Origin: Phycisphaerae bacterium
GTDB lineage: Bacteria > Planctomycetota > Phycisphaerae > UBA1845 > Fen-1342
Reading direction: 5' to 3'
Assembly: GCA_050115495.1 (NCBI GenBank)
Contig: JASFQK010000028.1
Span: forward strand, 1 to 64,000
Length of the DNA: 64,000 bases
In this document: one piece after another, positions 28,410 through 39,611 of the stretch
Numbering within the stretch: the stretch's first letter is position 1
Layout of the letters: every line of letters starts with the position of its first letter
Position numbers and translations under genes: made by a program
Notes under the pieces: generated by a model
Seen by the model: only the letters and a program-made list of their open reading frames with translations
Told to the model about the DNA's origin: nothing
Database searches by the model: none

Positions 28410-31400
28410 CTACTCCCCGCTCAGCAGGTCGATGAACGGCCCAATGTCGAAGTTGTTCACCAGCCCGTCGCCGGTCAGATCCCCGAGCATGATATCGCAG
28501 TCGGGGTACTGCACCGCGTAGCCATCCGGGTTCAGGACGGCCAGGATGAACGCCCGGATGTCGAAGTTGTTGACGATGCCGTCGCAGTTCAGATCGCCCG
28601 GACCGGGTGCACCAAACTCATCCGCGCCCATGTCCACCACCGCGACACCGTCCCCATCCCCGTCCCAGACCCGAGACTGCCCGTCGATGTCCGTCTCACC
28701 CTCCCCCGGCACAAACCCCGGATCCCCGGCGTCGATGCACGGCGAATCCCCGGACAGGTGAAAATCGCCATTCGCCGGATCAACGAACAGCGGATCCTCG
28801 TCAATGTTCCCCTCACCCGCCCAGCCGCCGGCAACGGCGCTGTACGTGATGTCGAACGTCGAACCGTCGTCGCTCCAGACAGCGTCCTCGTCGCTCCACA
28901 AGATGCAGTTGGCAACGATGCACGTGCTCGGCAGCGGGTTCATCGCCGAGTAGCAGGCCAGTGACCGGCCGTGTGGGGCGGAGTTTCCGCTGACCGTACA
29001 GCCGGTCAGGACCGTTTCACTCTCCATCCGGCAGCACACGCCACCGCCCGCTTCGGTCGCGCTGTTCTGCACGATACAACAGTCGGCCAGGACCGGGGTG
29101 GCAGCCCACATGTAGCAGACGCCGCCGCCGATCGCCGCCTCGTTTCGTGCAATGGCGCAGGCATTCAGCGTGGGAGCACAAGAGTAGACAGTGACGCCAC
29201 CGCCAGACTGTGTCGCCGTATTATCGGTGACGATACAGTCCGTCATTCCCCCGTCAGCGATGTTGTAGTGGATGCCTCCGCCGGACTGGGCCGTGTTCTC
29301 CGAGAGCGTGCAGTTGGTCAGCGTCAGCCCACCGCCCTCAGCACGGAAGCCGTAGACACCCCCGCCGGATACCGTTGCCGTGTTCTCCGAGATTGTGCAG
29401 CCCGTCAGCGTGGCCGCACCCTGTTGGCAGAAGAGACCGCCGCCGCTGTCGTTCGCGGTGTTCTCCGCAATCGTGCAATCGATCAGCGTCGGGCTGCCAC
29501 CGTTACAGCACACACCACCACCCTTGCCGACAGCCGTGTTCTGCGCAACCGTGCAGTCAACCAGCGCTGCGCTGCTACTGTCGCAGAAGACTCCCCCACC
29601 GTCACCGTACGCCGCCGTGGCCGCATTGCCAGTGATCGTGCAGGCCGTCAGCGTTGGACTGGTGCTGTCGCAGTAGATGCCTCCACCCTCGCCGGCCGTG
29701 TTCTGTGCGATCGTGCAGCCGGCTAGGCTCGACGTGCTCCCGGGCCGGCAATAGATGCCGCCACCCCCGTAGTCTGCTCTGTTATTCGTGACTTCACAGT
29801 CGATCAGCGTGACGTCGCAGCGCTGCCATTCGATCCCGCCGCCGTCTTTCTCTGCCGCGTTCTGCGTTATCGTGCAGTCGGTGAGCGTCAGGAGCGTGTC
29901 GATGTCGCAGCTGATACCGCCGCCATCGAACACGGCTGTGTTCCCGGAGATCGTGCAGTCAGTCAACATCACGTTACTCGAGAACATACCACAGAGGCCA
30001 CCGCCACTGCCGCCCGCCGTGTTGTCCGAGATCGTGCAGCCCGTCAACGTCGGGCTATCATAGTTGAAGAAAAGGCCCCCACCGCCGGACCCCGCCGTGT
30101 TATGCGTAATCGCGCACTCGGTCATGACCGCGCTGCCGCCCGAGACGCCGCCGCCGGCATCGTCTGCCTCGTTGCTCGCGATCGAGCATTGCGTCAGCGT
30201 CGGGCTGCTCTCTGAACAGCAGATACCGGCGCCGGCTCCATCAGCCGTGTTCTCCGAGATCACGCAGTTCTCCAACGCCGGATTGCTGTTGTCGGCGCAG
30301 TAGACGCCGCCGCCGTCATTGGTCGCCGCGTTCCCAGACAGCTCACAGTCCGTCACCTGCGGACTGCTATTCTCGTCGCAGAACAGCCCACCGCCGTCCT
30401 CCGCCGCGTTCCGCGAAATCGTGCAGCCGATCAGCATCGGTTCGCTCGCCCCGTCACAGGCGACGCCGCCACCCCCATGCGTCGCGCTGTTCTGCCGAAT
30501 TGTGCAGTTCCGGAGCGTCGGGCTGCTGCCATCGGCGCACCAGACGCCACCGCCGGGGCTGCTCCGCCCACCGGTGATCGTCAACCCGGCGACGACGCTG
30601 TCCGGCCCCTCATCCACGTGGAAGTAGAACCCACGGCCGGAGCCTGCGCAGTCGATGATCGTCGCCGCCACGACGCCGGCGTCGTCCGGATCGCTGCTGC
30701 GAACCGTGATCGCCCTACCAGCAAAATCGAGGTTCTTGTTGCCCGCTCCCGTGTACGCACCTTGGGCGATGACCACCTCGTCACCTTCGTATGCGTCGCA
30801 TACGTCGATCGCGGCCTGGATCGTCGCCTTCGGACCGTGCTCGCCATCCCACGCCGGCGACAGACCATCCCACGTGTCGCTGCCATCTACCGCAGCATAG
30901 AAGGTCCGAGATGCCGTAAACGGATCGCTCCCGTGCGCGTATTCCTCCAGATTGTTTCGCGAGTCGCCGTCCTCGTTGCCGTACGGGTCAGCCACGAGCG
31001 GGTCCTCGAAATAGCGATCTTCCCACCAGTCCGGCAAACCGTCGGCGTCGCTGTCCAGCCACTCGTCGGCGCCGATGTCCACGCACCCGCCAAGCACGCG
31101 CGCTTCGCCGTCGATATCATTCTGGCCTGAGTACTCGCCATTCGGATCGCCGGCGTTGAAGCATGGAGAACCGGCCTGCACGTGCCCGTCCGGCGTTATG
31201 AGCGGGTCGGCATCTATGTTGCCCTCCCCCTCCCAGCCGCCCTCGATGGCGCTGTACGTCACGGCCGGCGCCGAGCTGCCCATGGTGTAGACCGCTCGGA
31301 AGTTGTTGCCCCAGACGATGCAATTCTTCAGCACTGGGCTGCTCGATCCACAGAACACGCCACCGCAGTCGTGTGAGGTCAAGTTGTCTGCAATCGTGCA

Positions 31401-32039
31401 GTTCGTAAGCGTGGCGTTGCCGGAGTTCAGGCAACGCACACCAGCGCCGAGACTCCACGTGTTGCAGGAGATCATGCAGTTGAGCAGAGCCGGTGTGCTC
31501 TGAGTGCAGCAGAAACCGCCACCGGCGTTCTCGGTAATCGTGCAGCCCACGAGTACGGGGTTGGCAGCATTGGCGCAGTAGACGCCGGCACCCTCCGTGG
31601 CTTGGTTCTGCGCGATCCAACATGCGGAGATAGTCGGGCTCGCCCCCAGGCAACGAACGCCGCCGCCATAGCTGCCGCCGCTCCCACGCACGATCGTCAG
31701 ACCGGCGAGAACGCTGTCCGGCCCTTCGCCACTGTGGAAGTAGAACCCCCGACCACTGCCCTCGCAGTCGATGACCGTCCCCGCCACGACCTCCGGATCT
31801 TCCGGGGCCGTGCTGCGCACCGTGATCGCCTTCCCGCCGAAATCAAGGTCCTTATTGCCCGCTCCCGTGTACGTCCCCAGGGCGATAACGACCTCATCCC
31901 CCGGCTGGGCGGCGTCGATCGCCGCCTGGATCGTCCCATATGTACCCGGTACATGCAGTTCTTCCCCCCACACCGGCGACAGAATCAGCCATCCGACAAC
32001 AACCGCCGCCAGAATCCGCGTGTTCAGCACGTTCAACAT
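28410..32039 (-). CDS. Secreted right-handed beta-helix repeat protein with dockerin-like C-terminus
   Basis: TIQAAID occurs twice; many N.A..GGG..C...P.L..C.I repeats; GDLNCDGIVNNFDI...GDLTGDGLVNNFDI. Confidence 0.9.
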   Translation of the reverse strand: MLNVLNTRILAAVVVGWLILSPVWGEELHVPGTYGTIQAAIDAAQPGDEVVIALGTYTGAGNKDLDFGGKAITVRSTAPEDPEVVAGTVIDCEGSGRGFYFHSGEGPDSVLAGLTIVRGSGGSYGGGVRCLGASPTISACWIAQNQATEGAGVYCANAANPVLVGCTITENAGGGFCCTQSTPALLNCMISCNTWSLGAGVRCLNSGNATLTNCTIADNLTSHDCGGVFCGSSSPVLKNCIVWGNNFRAVYTMGSSAPAVTYSAIEGGWEGEGNIDADPLITPDGHVQAGSPCFNAGDPNGEYSGQNDIDGEARVLGGCVDIGADEWLDSDADGLPDWWEDRYFEDPLVADPYGNEDGDSRNNLEEYAHGSDPFTASRTFYAAVDGSDTWDGLSPAWDGEHGPKATIQAAIDVCDAYEGDEVVIAQGAYTGAGNKNLDFAGRAITVRSSDPDDAGVVAATIIDCAGSGRGFYFHVDEGPDSVVAGLTITGGRSSPGGGVWCADGSSPTLRNCTIRQNSATHGGGGVACDGASEPMLIGCTISRNAAEDGGGLFCDENSSPQVTDCELSGNAATNDGGGVYCADNSNPALENCVISENTADGAGAGICCSESSPTLTQCSIASNEADDAGGGVSGGSAVMTECAITHNTAGSGGGGLFFNYDSPTLTGCTISDNTAGGSGGGLCGMFSSNVMLTDCTISGNTAVFDGGGISCDIDTLLTLTDCTITQNAAEKDGGGIEWQRCDVTLIDCEVTNNRADYGGGGIYCRPGSTSSLAGCTIAQNTAGEGGGIYCDSTSPTLTACTITGNAATAAYGDGGGVFCDSSSAALVDCTVAQNTAVGKGGGVCCNGGSPTLIDCTIAENTANDSGGGLFCQQGAATLTGCTISENTATVSGGGVYGFRAEGGGLTLTNCTLSENTAQSGGGIHYNIADGGMTDCIVTDNTATQSGGGVTVYSCAPTLNACAIARNEAAIGGGVCYMWAATPVLADCCIVQNSATEAGGGVCCRMESETVLTGCTVSGNSAPHGRSLACYSAMNPLPSTCIVANCILWSDEDAVWSDDGSTFDITYSAVAGGWAGEGNIDEDPLFVDPANGDFHLSGDSPCIDAGDPGFVPGEGETDIDGQSRVWDGDGDGVAVVDMGADEFGAPGPGDLNCDGIVNNFDIRAFILAVLNPDGYAVQYPDCDIMLGDLTGDGLVNNFDIGPFIDLLSGE

Positions 32040-32360
32040 GTACGCTCCCCTATAAAGAAGGTAACGAGGCAGGCAGACGTGGCCCGATCGGCCCGCGGCA
32101 CACCTCTCTCTAACAGCCTTTGACAACTCTGAATCCCCATCTTCCCTTACCCCGCCCCTTACCGGCGGACGCCGGTCCCAGTGCCCGCCGCCGTTGATTC
32201 GGCAGTCGAGACGACACTCGCCGCCACCCCATTCACACAGTATAGTCTATCGGCGACAGCCACCCCAGGCAATGCCAGACGAACGCCAAACGGCGAAAAG
32301 ACATGCACGAGGAGAGAGAGGCTCAGGGCCCAGGGCTCAGGGCTCACGGCTCCCCCCCCT

Positions 32361-33350
32361 TCAACTCGCCCCCTCATACCCCCGCGCCGCGTGGTAGCCG
32401 GCCTTGTCGAAGAACACCGCCGTCAGCCGGTTCAGCTCCAGCACGCGGTACACATCGATCGGCCGCTCCCACACGCCCTGCTTCCGCGCAAACGTCCACA
32501 CGTGCTTCTTCAGCAGCGCCAGCGAACTCAACACTTCGTGCAACGCCAGACCCTGCTCCCGCCTTTGTTTCCCCACGCCCGCGTAGAACGCCGCCACCTC
32601 TTCCGTCGCCTCGTCGCCCTTGAGCCACCGCCCGAACTGCGAGACCGCTCCCGCCGCCCGCTCCAGCAGCGCCTGCCCGTCCATCGCGTGATACGCCGGC
32701 GTCGTCACGTTCGTCTGCACGTCGGCCAGCCACAACCGGGCCACCTCGCCGGCGTGCTCCTCGATCACCGCCAGCAGCGCATCGGACAGCATCGCCTTGT
32801 CTTCGTCCGCCGCCAGCGTCACGAACGAATCGTGGATCGACCAACCCTCCATGTGCGCCGCCGCACAAGCCCGCAGCGCCTTCTCGTTCGACCGGAACGC
32901 CAGCGGCGGATGCCGCCCGATCGGGAAATACTGCACCACGTCCGCGTCGTCGCCGGCCTGCTCCTCCCCACCGATCTTCTGCATCTCGAACGACACGATC
33001 AGCAGATCGCCATAATGCCCGCTCGTGTACGAATCCGCATCGAGCAGCCGCAGCACCCGCGCCTCGATCCCCGCCTCTTCCTTCAGCTCGCGCAGCGCCG
33101 CCTCGGCGATCGTCTCGCCCAGCTCGGCGAAGCCCATCGGCAAACACCACTTGCCCCGATGCGGCTCATGCCGCCGCCGCACCAACAGCACTTCCCGCCG
33201 GCTGTTCAGCACCAGCGCCGCCGCCACCGGCAGCGGGTTCTCGTAGAAGATCGTCTCGCACGCCGGGCAAACCAGCCGCGGCCGGTCGTTGACGATGCGG
33301 CTCTCCACCGGCTTGCCGCACTGCGAGCAGTATTTCGGTGTCAGGGGCAT
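32361..33350 (-). CDS. Zn-ribbon Nudix hydrolase fused to an RsbRD_N/globin-like helical domain
   Basis: CSQCG...CPAC; Nudix box GFAELGETIAEAALRELKEEAG; C-terminal IEEHAGEVARLW...GKQRREQGLALHEV. Confidence 0.85.
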   Translation of the reverse strand: MPLTPKYCSQCGKPVESRIVNDRPRLVCPACETIFYENPLPVAAALVLNSRREVLLVRRRHEPHRGKWCLPMGFAELGETIAEAALRELKEEAGIEARVLRLLDADSYTSGHYGDLLIVSFEMQKIGGEEQAGDDADVVQYFPIGRHPPLAFRSNEKALRACAAAHMEGWSIHDSFVTLAADEDKAMLSDALLAVIEEHAGEVARLWLADVQTNVTTPAYHAMDGQALLERAAGAVSQFGRWLKGDEATEEVAAFYAGVGKQRREQGLALHEVLSSLALLKKHVWTFARKQGVWERPIDVYRVLELNRLTAVFFDKAGYHAARGYEGAS

Positions 33351-34144
33351 CTCGGCCTCCGGCAACGGAAGATGGCATCGCTCTTGTCCACAACGATCCG
33401 CCCGCCCCCGGCCAGCACCGTCGCTATGGCGCCCCGCATTGCTTCGGGCAGCTCATCGCCGAACGCCGCCCCGGAAACGAACACCGGCAGCTTGAACCGC
33501 AGGTACGTCACCAGATCACTGACGTCGGCCGCGGCGAAGGCCAGCGAATTGCCGTAGTCGATGCGCTCCACATCCGCAAAATGCTCCTCCAGAGCGGCCC
33601 CGCCGCGCTCCGCACTGAACGCATCAACTTGTGCCACCCCGCCCCCGTCGGCCGCCGCACAGCCGAAGAACCGCGCCAGGTCCTGCCGCGATCGCACCGT
33701 GTGCGTGAGGACGACGAACAGCCCTTCCGGCCTCAGTATCCGCGCCACCTCCGCCAGAATCTCCGGAAAGAAGTACAGCGAGTACGACGCCACCACCAGG
33801 TCCACGCTCCGGTCCGGCCAGTCCAAAACGCGCTCGACAGCGCGACAGACAAACCGCCCCTCTCGCCCGGCGGCGGTCACGCGGCCCAGGTACGCCGCTT
33901 CGTTCTCCGGACACGCGTCCACGCCCACGACCTGCGCATCCGCCGCCACACGCGGCACGACTGCCTCGGTCATGAACCCGAATCCGCAGCCCAGGTCCAG
34001 CACGCTCCGCCGATCGCCCAGCTCGAACCCCGCCAGCGCCACCACCCGCACATCCGCCCGATTCGTCGACCGCCGGCGGATCAACGCCGACACTGCCTCG
34101 TGCACCGACGGATCGCGGTAGCAGGACAGACACGCTTGGGACAT
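33341..34144 (-). CDS. Class I SAM-dependent methyltransferase
   Basis: VLDLGCGFG, VGVDA, EVARILRPEG. Confidence 0.88.
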   Translation of the reverse strand: MSQACLSCYRDPSVHEAVSALIRRRSTNRADVRVVALAGFELGDRRSVLDLGCGFGFMTEAVVPRVAADAQVVGVDACPENEAAYLGRVTAAGREGRFVCRAVERVLDWPDRSVDLVVASYSLYFFPEILAEVARILRPEGLFVVLTHTVRSRQDLARFFGCAAADGGGVAQVDAFSAERGGAALEEHFADVERIDYGNSLAFAAADVSDLVTYLRFKLPVFVSGAAFGDELPEAMRGAIATVLAGGGRIVVDKSDAIFRCRRPRCP

Positions 34145-34207
34145 GGCCCGGCCATTATCGGCCCATTTGCCCCAACGGGCAAAGCAACCCGCCCCCACAA
34201 TCCCCCG

Positions 34208-35749
34208 CTACCCCCCGCCAAACTGCCCCTCCGCCATCCGAATCGCCGCCAGCAGCCCCTGCGCCTTGTTGATCGTCTCCTGGTATTCGTTCGCCGGCAC
34301 CGAGTCGGCGACGATCCCCGCCCCCACCTGCGCATGCGCCCGCCAGCCACCGCCCTCCACCGGCTGAATCACCAGCGTTCGCAGGGCGATGCACGTGTCC
34401 ATGTTCCCTGCGAAGTCGATGTAGCCCACCGCCCCCGCGTACGGACCACGACGCGTCGGCTCGCATTCGTCGATGATCTCCATCGCCCGCACCTTCGGCG
34501 CACCGCTCACCGTCCCGACCGGCAGCGCCGCCCGCAGCGCATCGAACGCCGTCCGCTCCGGCGAGAGTTCGCCGGTGACCGTGCTCGAGATGTGCATCAC
34601 GTGGCTGTAGCGTTCGACGGCCATCACGTCGCGCACCTGCACCGTATTCGTCTTCGCCACACGCCCGACGTCGTTCCGCCCCAGGTCCACGAGCATGATG
34701 TGCTCGGCCCGCTCCTTCGGATCAGCCAGCAATTCCGCCTCCAGCCGCCGATCCTCTTCGTCCGTCTGCCCGCGAGGCCGCGTCCCCGCCAGCGGCCGGT
34801 TCGTCACCAGCCCGTCCTCGACCCGGCACATCACCTCCGGACTCGCCCCCACCAGCGTCACGTCCGGCGATTTCACGTAGAACATGAACGGCGACGGATT
34901 GATCACCCGCAGCGCCCGGTATACATCGAACGGCGCCGCCGGCGTCTCCGTCGTCAGCCGCTGCGAGACCACCACCTGAAAGATGTCGCCCGCCCGGATG
35001 TACTCCTGGCACCGCCCCACCATCGCCTCGAAATCCCCGCGAGCGAAGTTGCTCTGGTACTGCGTCAGCGGCGGCGCCGGCAGCGACACCCGCACCGGCC
35101 GCAGTCCCGCCGGCTCGCTCAATCGCGCGATCACCCGCTCCAGCCGCGCCTCGCCCGCCGCGTATGCCGTCCGCAACGCCGCCTCGTCGCTCCCCGCCGC
35201 GATCGGCACATGCGACACGACCAGCACCATCTTCCGCACATGGTCGAAGATCACCAGCGTCTCGTACACGTCAAACCGCAGATCCGGCAACCCGCGATCA
35301 TCCGCCGGCGCGTTCGGCAGTCGCTCGCAGTAGCGCACCGTGTCGTAGCCGGCGTACCCCACGGCCCCACCCAGAAACCGCGGCAACCCCGCCAGCGGCG
35401 CCGCCCGGTACTTCGCCAGGTGCTCTTCGAGCGTCCCCAGCGGATCGTCACTGGCGAACTCGGCCAGCGCCCCGCTACCGTGCTCCCGGATGCGCACCTG
35501 CCGCCGCGTCGCTTCCAACGTCACCGTCGGTCCCGCCCCCAGGAACGAATAGCGGGCGACGCGCTCGCCGCCCACCACGCTTTCCAGCAGAAACGCCCGC
35601 TCCGCCCCGGCCTGCATCCGGGCGAACGCACTCACCGGCGTCAATTCATCGCCGATCAGCGTCGCCACCAGCGGCACCCGGTTGTACCGGCGGGCCAACT
35701 CGCCGAACTGCTCGAACGCCGGCTGAACCATCGCGCTGCTCGACATCAT
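34208..35749 (-). CDS. trpE: Anthranilate synthase component I
   Basis: [67 protein letters not shown]. Confidence 0.93.
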   Translation of the reverse strand: MMSSSAMVQPAFEQFGELARRYNRVPLVATLIGDELTPVSAFARMQAGAERAFLLESVVGGERVARYSFLGAGPTVTLEATRRQVRIREHGSGALAEFASDDPLGTLEEHLAKYRAAPLAGLPRFLGGAVGYAGYDTVRYCERLPNAPADDRGLPDLRFDVYETLVIFDHVRKMVLVVSHVPIAAGSDEAALRTAYAAGEARLERVIARLSEPAGLRPVRVSLPAPPLTQYQSNFARGDFEAMVGRCQEYIRAGDIFQVVVSQRLTTETPAAPFDVYRALRVINPSPFMFYVKSPDVTLVGASPEVMCRVEDGLVTNRPLAGTRPRGQTDEEDRRLEAELLADPKERAEHIMLVDLGRNDVGRVAKTNTVQVRDVMAVERYSHVMHISSTVTGELSPERTAFDALRAALPVGTVSGAPKVRAMEIIDECEPTRRGPYAGAVGYIDFAGNMDTCIALRTLVIQPVEGGGWRAHAQVGAGIVADSVPANEYQETINKAQGLLAAIRMAEGQFGGG

Positions 35750-35774
35750 TGCTCCTGCCCGCGACCGCCGCCGA

Positions 35775-36815
35775 TCACGCGTTGCCGGCCTCCCGCGAGT
35801 ACGCCAGCTTCCGCACCTTCGCCAGTTGCTCCTGCGTACCCAGCACCACGGCGATATCCCCGGCGTGCAGCACGGTGTCCGCCGACGGCGAGACCACCAT
35901 TTTCCCGTCGCGTTTGCGCAGAGCCAGCACGGTCGCCCCGGTGTCGCCGCGAATCCGCGCCGCCCCGATCGCACAATCCTGGAGCGGCGAACCGATCGCC
36001 ACGATCACCTCTTCGAGCAGCAGCTCCAGCTCCTCGTCGTGCATGACCAGTTCGAGGAACTCGACGACGTGCGGCCGCAGCGCCATCTGCGCCAGCCGCC
36101 GCCCGCTGATGCCGTACGGCCACAGCACGCGGTTCGCGCCTGCCGTCGCCAGCTTGCTCTCCGTGCCCTCGTGATTGGCCCGGGCCACAATGAACAGCTT
36201 GTCGTTGAGCGCCCGCGCCGACAGCACGACCATCACGTTCATCGCGTCGTCGTCGATCGCCGTCACCAGCGCCCGCGCCCGCTCGATACCCGCCTGCCGC
36301 AGCACGTCATCCTCGCCGGCGTCACCGACCAGGGCCAGATCGCCGTTGCTGCGGGCCAGGTCAATCGCCGCCTCCGATCGGTCGACGACCACGTAAGGCT
36401 TCTTCTCCCGCCGCAGATCGTCAGCCACCTGCTGGCCCATGCGCCCGTAGCCGCAGACGATGAAGTGCTCGCTCAGTTGCTCGATGTTCTTTTCCATGCG
36501 ACGCTGCCCCAGGTACCCCTTTAACTCCCCCGCGATAAGGTAATTGCCCACCGACGTAATCGTGTACGTGAACGACCCGACCCCGCACAGAATCAGGAAG
36601 ACCGCAAACACGCGTCCCCCCTGCCCGAGGTCGTGCACTTCCCCGTACCCGACCGTCGTCACGGTGATCACGGACATGTACAGCGCGTCGATCGGCGTCC
36701 ACTTCGCGCCGCCGCCGATGATGTAGAAGCCCAGCGCCCCACCCAGCATGACGGTCACCAGGGCCGTCAGGCTCCACGTCAAACGTCGCGTGATGCTGAT
36801 CTGCGGATCCACCAT
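35775..36815 (-). CDS. Two-TM potassium channel with RCK (TrkA-N/C) domains
   Basis: TTVGYGE selectivity filter; VCGYGRMG Rossmann motif. Confidence 0.93.
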   Translation of the reverse strand: MVDPQISITRRLTWSLTALVTVMLGGALGFYIIGGGAKWTPIDALYMSVITVTTVGYGEVHDLGQGGRVFAVFLILCGVGSFTYTITSVGNYLIAGELKGYLGQRRMEKNIEQLSEHFIVCGYGRMGQQVADDLRREKKPYVVVDRSEAAIDLARSNGDLALVGDAGEDDVLRQAGIERARALVTAIDDDAMNVMVVLSARALNDKLFIVARANHEGTESKLATAGANRVLWPYGISGRRLAQMALRPHVVEFLELVMHDEELELLLEEVIVAIGSPLQDCAIGAARIRGDTGATVLALRKRDGKMVVSPSADTVLHAGDIAVVLGTQEQLAKVRKLAYSREAGNA

Positions 36816-36857
36816 GCCGGGCGCTCGCCTCGCGTCGCCGCCTCGTCGGCGGGGAAA

Positions 36858-38015
36858 CTAGTGCCAGCCCTCCAGACGCTCCTCGGCCTCGCGGGCCTGC
36901 CGCGTACCCGGATACTCCCGCAGGATCTTCTCCAGGAGTTCCTTGGCCTTCGTCTTCAATCCCGTCCGCAGATATGTCCGCGCCTGCCGCAGCAGCGCCT
37001 CCGCCTCGTCGTTGCTCGGCAGATCGCCCTTGCCGACGCGCGGCTCCGTTGCTCCGCCACCACCCGCCGCCGCCGTCGCGCCACCGCCGCCCTTCGCGCC
37101 GGCGGCGAACTTCTCCTGCGCCTCCCGCGCCACCGCCCGTACCGCGTACAGAAACGCCGGATCCGTCACCGCGCCCACCGCCCGCACCTTGCCCACCCCG
37201 TCGACCAGCACCGTCCACGGCGGCGCCCCCGCGCCGAACGCCTCATGCGTGATCGGCGGCCGCGAGGCCTTCTCCTCATAGCACTGCGGCCACGTATAGC
37301 CGGCCTTCTCCGCGAACGCCTCCGCCTCTGCCTTACGCCGCTCGCCGTCCGCGTTCACACCCACGAACTGCACGCACAACACCGACTTCATCTCGTCGCG
37401 CAGTGCCCGCAGTGCTTCCGCGTACGCCTCCGTCGTGTCGTACATGTTCCACAGATCGACGACCAGCACGATGCCGTTCCGCTCGCGCACATCGACTCGC
37501 GTCCCGTCCTCGGCGACGATCTTCACGTCCGGCGCCGGCCCGCCCACCTTTCGCACCCACCGCCGTCGCTGCGACACGATCTTCCGCTGCTCGTCCGAAA
37601 CCAGCCCCGCCAGCTTCCTCAGCGCCCCCTCCTGCGCCTCGGCATCCCCCTGCGCCGCGCTCACCAACACGGCCAGCTCCCACGTCTCCGCCGCCTCTGG
37701 CGCGAGCGGTTGCAGCGCCGCCAGCTTCTCCGCCGCCGTCACCACGTCCCCCACGGCCAGCGCCACGTGCGCCTCTGTCTCCAGCAGGATCGCTCGTTTC
37801 GCTTCGGTCAGCCGATCCGGCGAAAGCGCCCACTGCTTCAGCTTCGCCTGTGCCGCCTCCGCCTCTTTCACCGTGGCCACGTGCTGCGGCGCACAGAACG
37901 TATCGTGCAGCTCCTTCAGCTCGGACGTGACATCCGCCGCCGCTGGCACGCCGCTCAGCAGCACCGCCGCTACGCTGCCCAACCCCGCCAACCAGAATGC
38001 TCTCGTCGCGCTCAT
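36858..38015 (-). CDS. Exported redoxin/TlpA-like fold protein (no CxxC) with helical repeats
   Basis: Signal peptide; VGGPAPDV...VLVVDLW...FVGVNAD...PWTVLVDGVGKVR. Confidence 0.65.
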   Translation of the reverse strand: MSATRAFWLAGLGSVAAVLLSGVPAAADVTSELKELHDTFCAPQHVATVKEAEAAQAKLKQWALSPDRLTEAKRAILLETEAHVALAVGDVVTAAEKLAALQPLAPEAAETWELAVLVSAAQGDAEAQEGALRKLAGLVSDEQRKIVSQRRRWVRKVGGPAPDVKIVAEDGTRVDVRERNGIVLVVDLWNMYDTTEAYAEALRALRDEMKSVLCVQFVGVNADGERRKAEAEAFAEKAGYTWPQCYEEKASRPPITHEAFGAGAPPWTVLVDGVGKVRAVGAVTDPAFLYAVRAVAREAQEKFAAGAKGGGGATAAAGGGGATEPRVGKGDLPSNDEAEALLRQARTYLRTGLKTKAKELLEKILREYPGTRQAREAEERLEGWH

Positions 38016-38084
38016 CGTCTTGCTCCATCTCCAGCCCGGGGCACGATCGTGCCCATCTGCCCTTCTATCGGCGGCGGCACCGCT

Positions 38085-38852
38085 CTACGCCTCATCCACC
38101 GGCTCGACCCGCTGCGGATGGTGCCGCACGTACCATTGGATCTGGCGAGCCATGCCGATCAGGATGTCCGCCTCGTTCACGCTCATCGACACCCGCCCAA
38201 GCAGGTGCCGCAACGCATACTTGAGATGATCCGGGTTCGGCTCCAGCAGAAAGCCGACCTCTGCCAACGCCTCGAACAGCTTCTCGAACAGGCGTTCCTT
38301 GCGCTCCTGCGTCGCCCAGCCCGAGTGCAGGGCCCGCGGCAGGGCCGGTTTCTCCTCCGCCGCCAGCCACGCCTTGCGCACCTCGTAACATACGATCGTA
38401 GCCGCCGCCGCCAGGTTGAACACCGGGTACGACTCGTCCGCCGGTATCGTGATGATCCGGTCGAAATGCAGCAGCTCACGCGTCCGCAGGCCGAAGTCCT
38501 CGCGGCCGAAGACCAGGGCCACCGGCCCGGCCTGCGCTGCCGTCACCACTTCCTCGCCCGCCACCGCCGGCGTGATCGCCACCTGCCGCCGGTACATCCC
38601 CAGTTTCGACGACGTCGCGTACGTGCTCACGCAGCCGACCAGCGCCGCCGGGATATCCTCGACCACCCGGGCTGCGGCCAGCACCTCGTCGCCGTGCGAC
38701 GCGTACGCCACCGCCTGTTCGTCGCGCACGTCACACCGTGGCGACACGATCACCAGATCCGTCAGGCCGAGGTTAGCCATCATCCGGGCCACGGCCCCGA
38801 TGTTCGCCGGCCCGCTCGGCGAAACCAGCACCACGCGTATCCGCTCCAGCAT
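38085..38852 (-). CDS. TrmJ/LasT-family SPOUT RNA methyltransferase
   Basis: VLVSPSGPANIGAVARMMANLG, LVFGREDFGL, YPVFNLAAA. Confidence 0.9.
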   Translation of the reverse strand: MLERIRVVLVSPSGPANIGAVARMMANLGLTDLVIVSPRCDVRDEQAVAYASHGDEVLAAARVVEDIPAALVGCVSTYATSSKLGMYRRQVAITPAVAGEEVVTAAQAGPVALVFGREDFGLRTRELLHFDRIITIPADESYPVFNLAAAATIVCYEVRKAWLAAEEKPALPRALHSGWATQERKERLFEKLFEALAEVGFLLEPNPDHLKYALRHLLGRVSMSVNEADILIGMARQIQWYVRHHPQRVEPVDEA

Positions 38853-38903
38853 GCGGCTATTCTAAATGCCCCCGCCCCCGCAGCCCACCCTTTGACCGCC
38901 GGT

Positions 38904-39611
38904 TCACAGCGGCCGTTTCCCCGTCCGCCACGGCGGTCGCGGCAATCCCGCCCGCAGCCGCCGCTCCTTCTCGTACACCACGATCACCCGTTCGTGCTCG
39001 ACTTCCGGCGTGGCGTACGCCCGCGTCTCCCGATGCCGCATCCCGCACAGCCGGGCCGCCTGCTCCGCCGCCCCGATCTCCTCCTCACACGCCGGCCGCG
39101 TCTTGAACAGCCAGCACACCCCGCCCGGCCGCACGAACCCCGCCGACCATTCCACCAGCAGCGACAGCGCCCCCACCGCCCGGCACGTCACCGCGTCGTA
39201 CACCTCGCGATGTCCCGGCTCGTGCGCCAGCGTCTCCGCCCGCCCCCAGGCCAGCCGCACGTTCTCCAACCCCACGCCCCGCACGATCCGCTCCACCGCC
39301 GTCACTTTCTTCCGCGTGGCGTCGACCAGCGTCACCTCCACATCGCCACACACACACGCGATCGGCACCCCCGGCAGTCCCCCACCCGAACCCAGGTCCA
39401 GCAGCCGCCCCGGCTTGCTCTCGGCGATCAGCGGCAGCAGCGCCAGGCTGTCGCAGACGTGCTTGCGCCACACGCCCGCTTCGTCACGCACCGATGTCAG
39501 GTTGATGCCCCCCTGCGTCTCCTCGACGAGCAGCGTTACGAACCGCGCCAATCGCGCGTACGCCCCCTCGTCCACCACCAGACCCGCCGCCGCCAGCTCC
39601 GCGTGCGTCAT
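38904..39611 (-). CDS. rsmG: 16S rRNA m7G527 methyltransferase
   Basis: INLTSVR, KHVCDSL, LDLGSGGGLPG, GRAETL, TCRAV. Confidence 0.92.
   Translation of the reverse strand: MTHAELAAAGLVVDEGAYARLARFVTLLVEETQGGINLTSVRDEAGVWRKHVCDSLALLPLIAESKPGRLLDLGSGGGLPGVPIACVCGDVEVTLVDATRKKVTAVERIVRGVGLENVRLAWGRAETLAHEPGHREVYDAVTCRAVGALSLLVEWSAGFVRPGGVCWLFKTRPACEEEIGAAEQAARLCGMRHRETRAYATPEVEHERVIVVYEKERRLRAGLPRPPWRTGKRPL

Noticed and set aside
28900..30600. Regular repeats that might suggest a CRISPR array or DGR variable region
   Set aside because: They are degenerate coding repeats of the beta-helix protein. There are no identical repeat-spacer units, cas genes or reverse transcriptase in the window.
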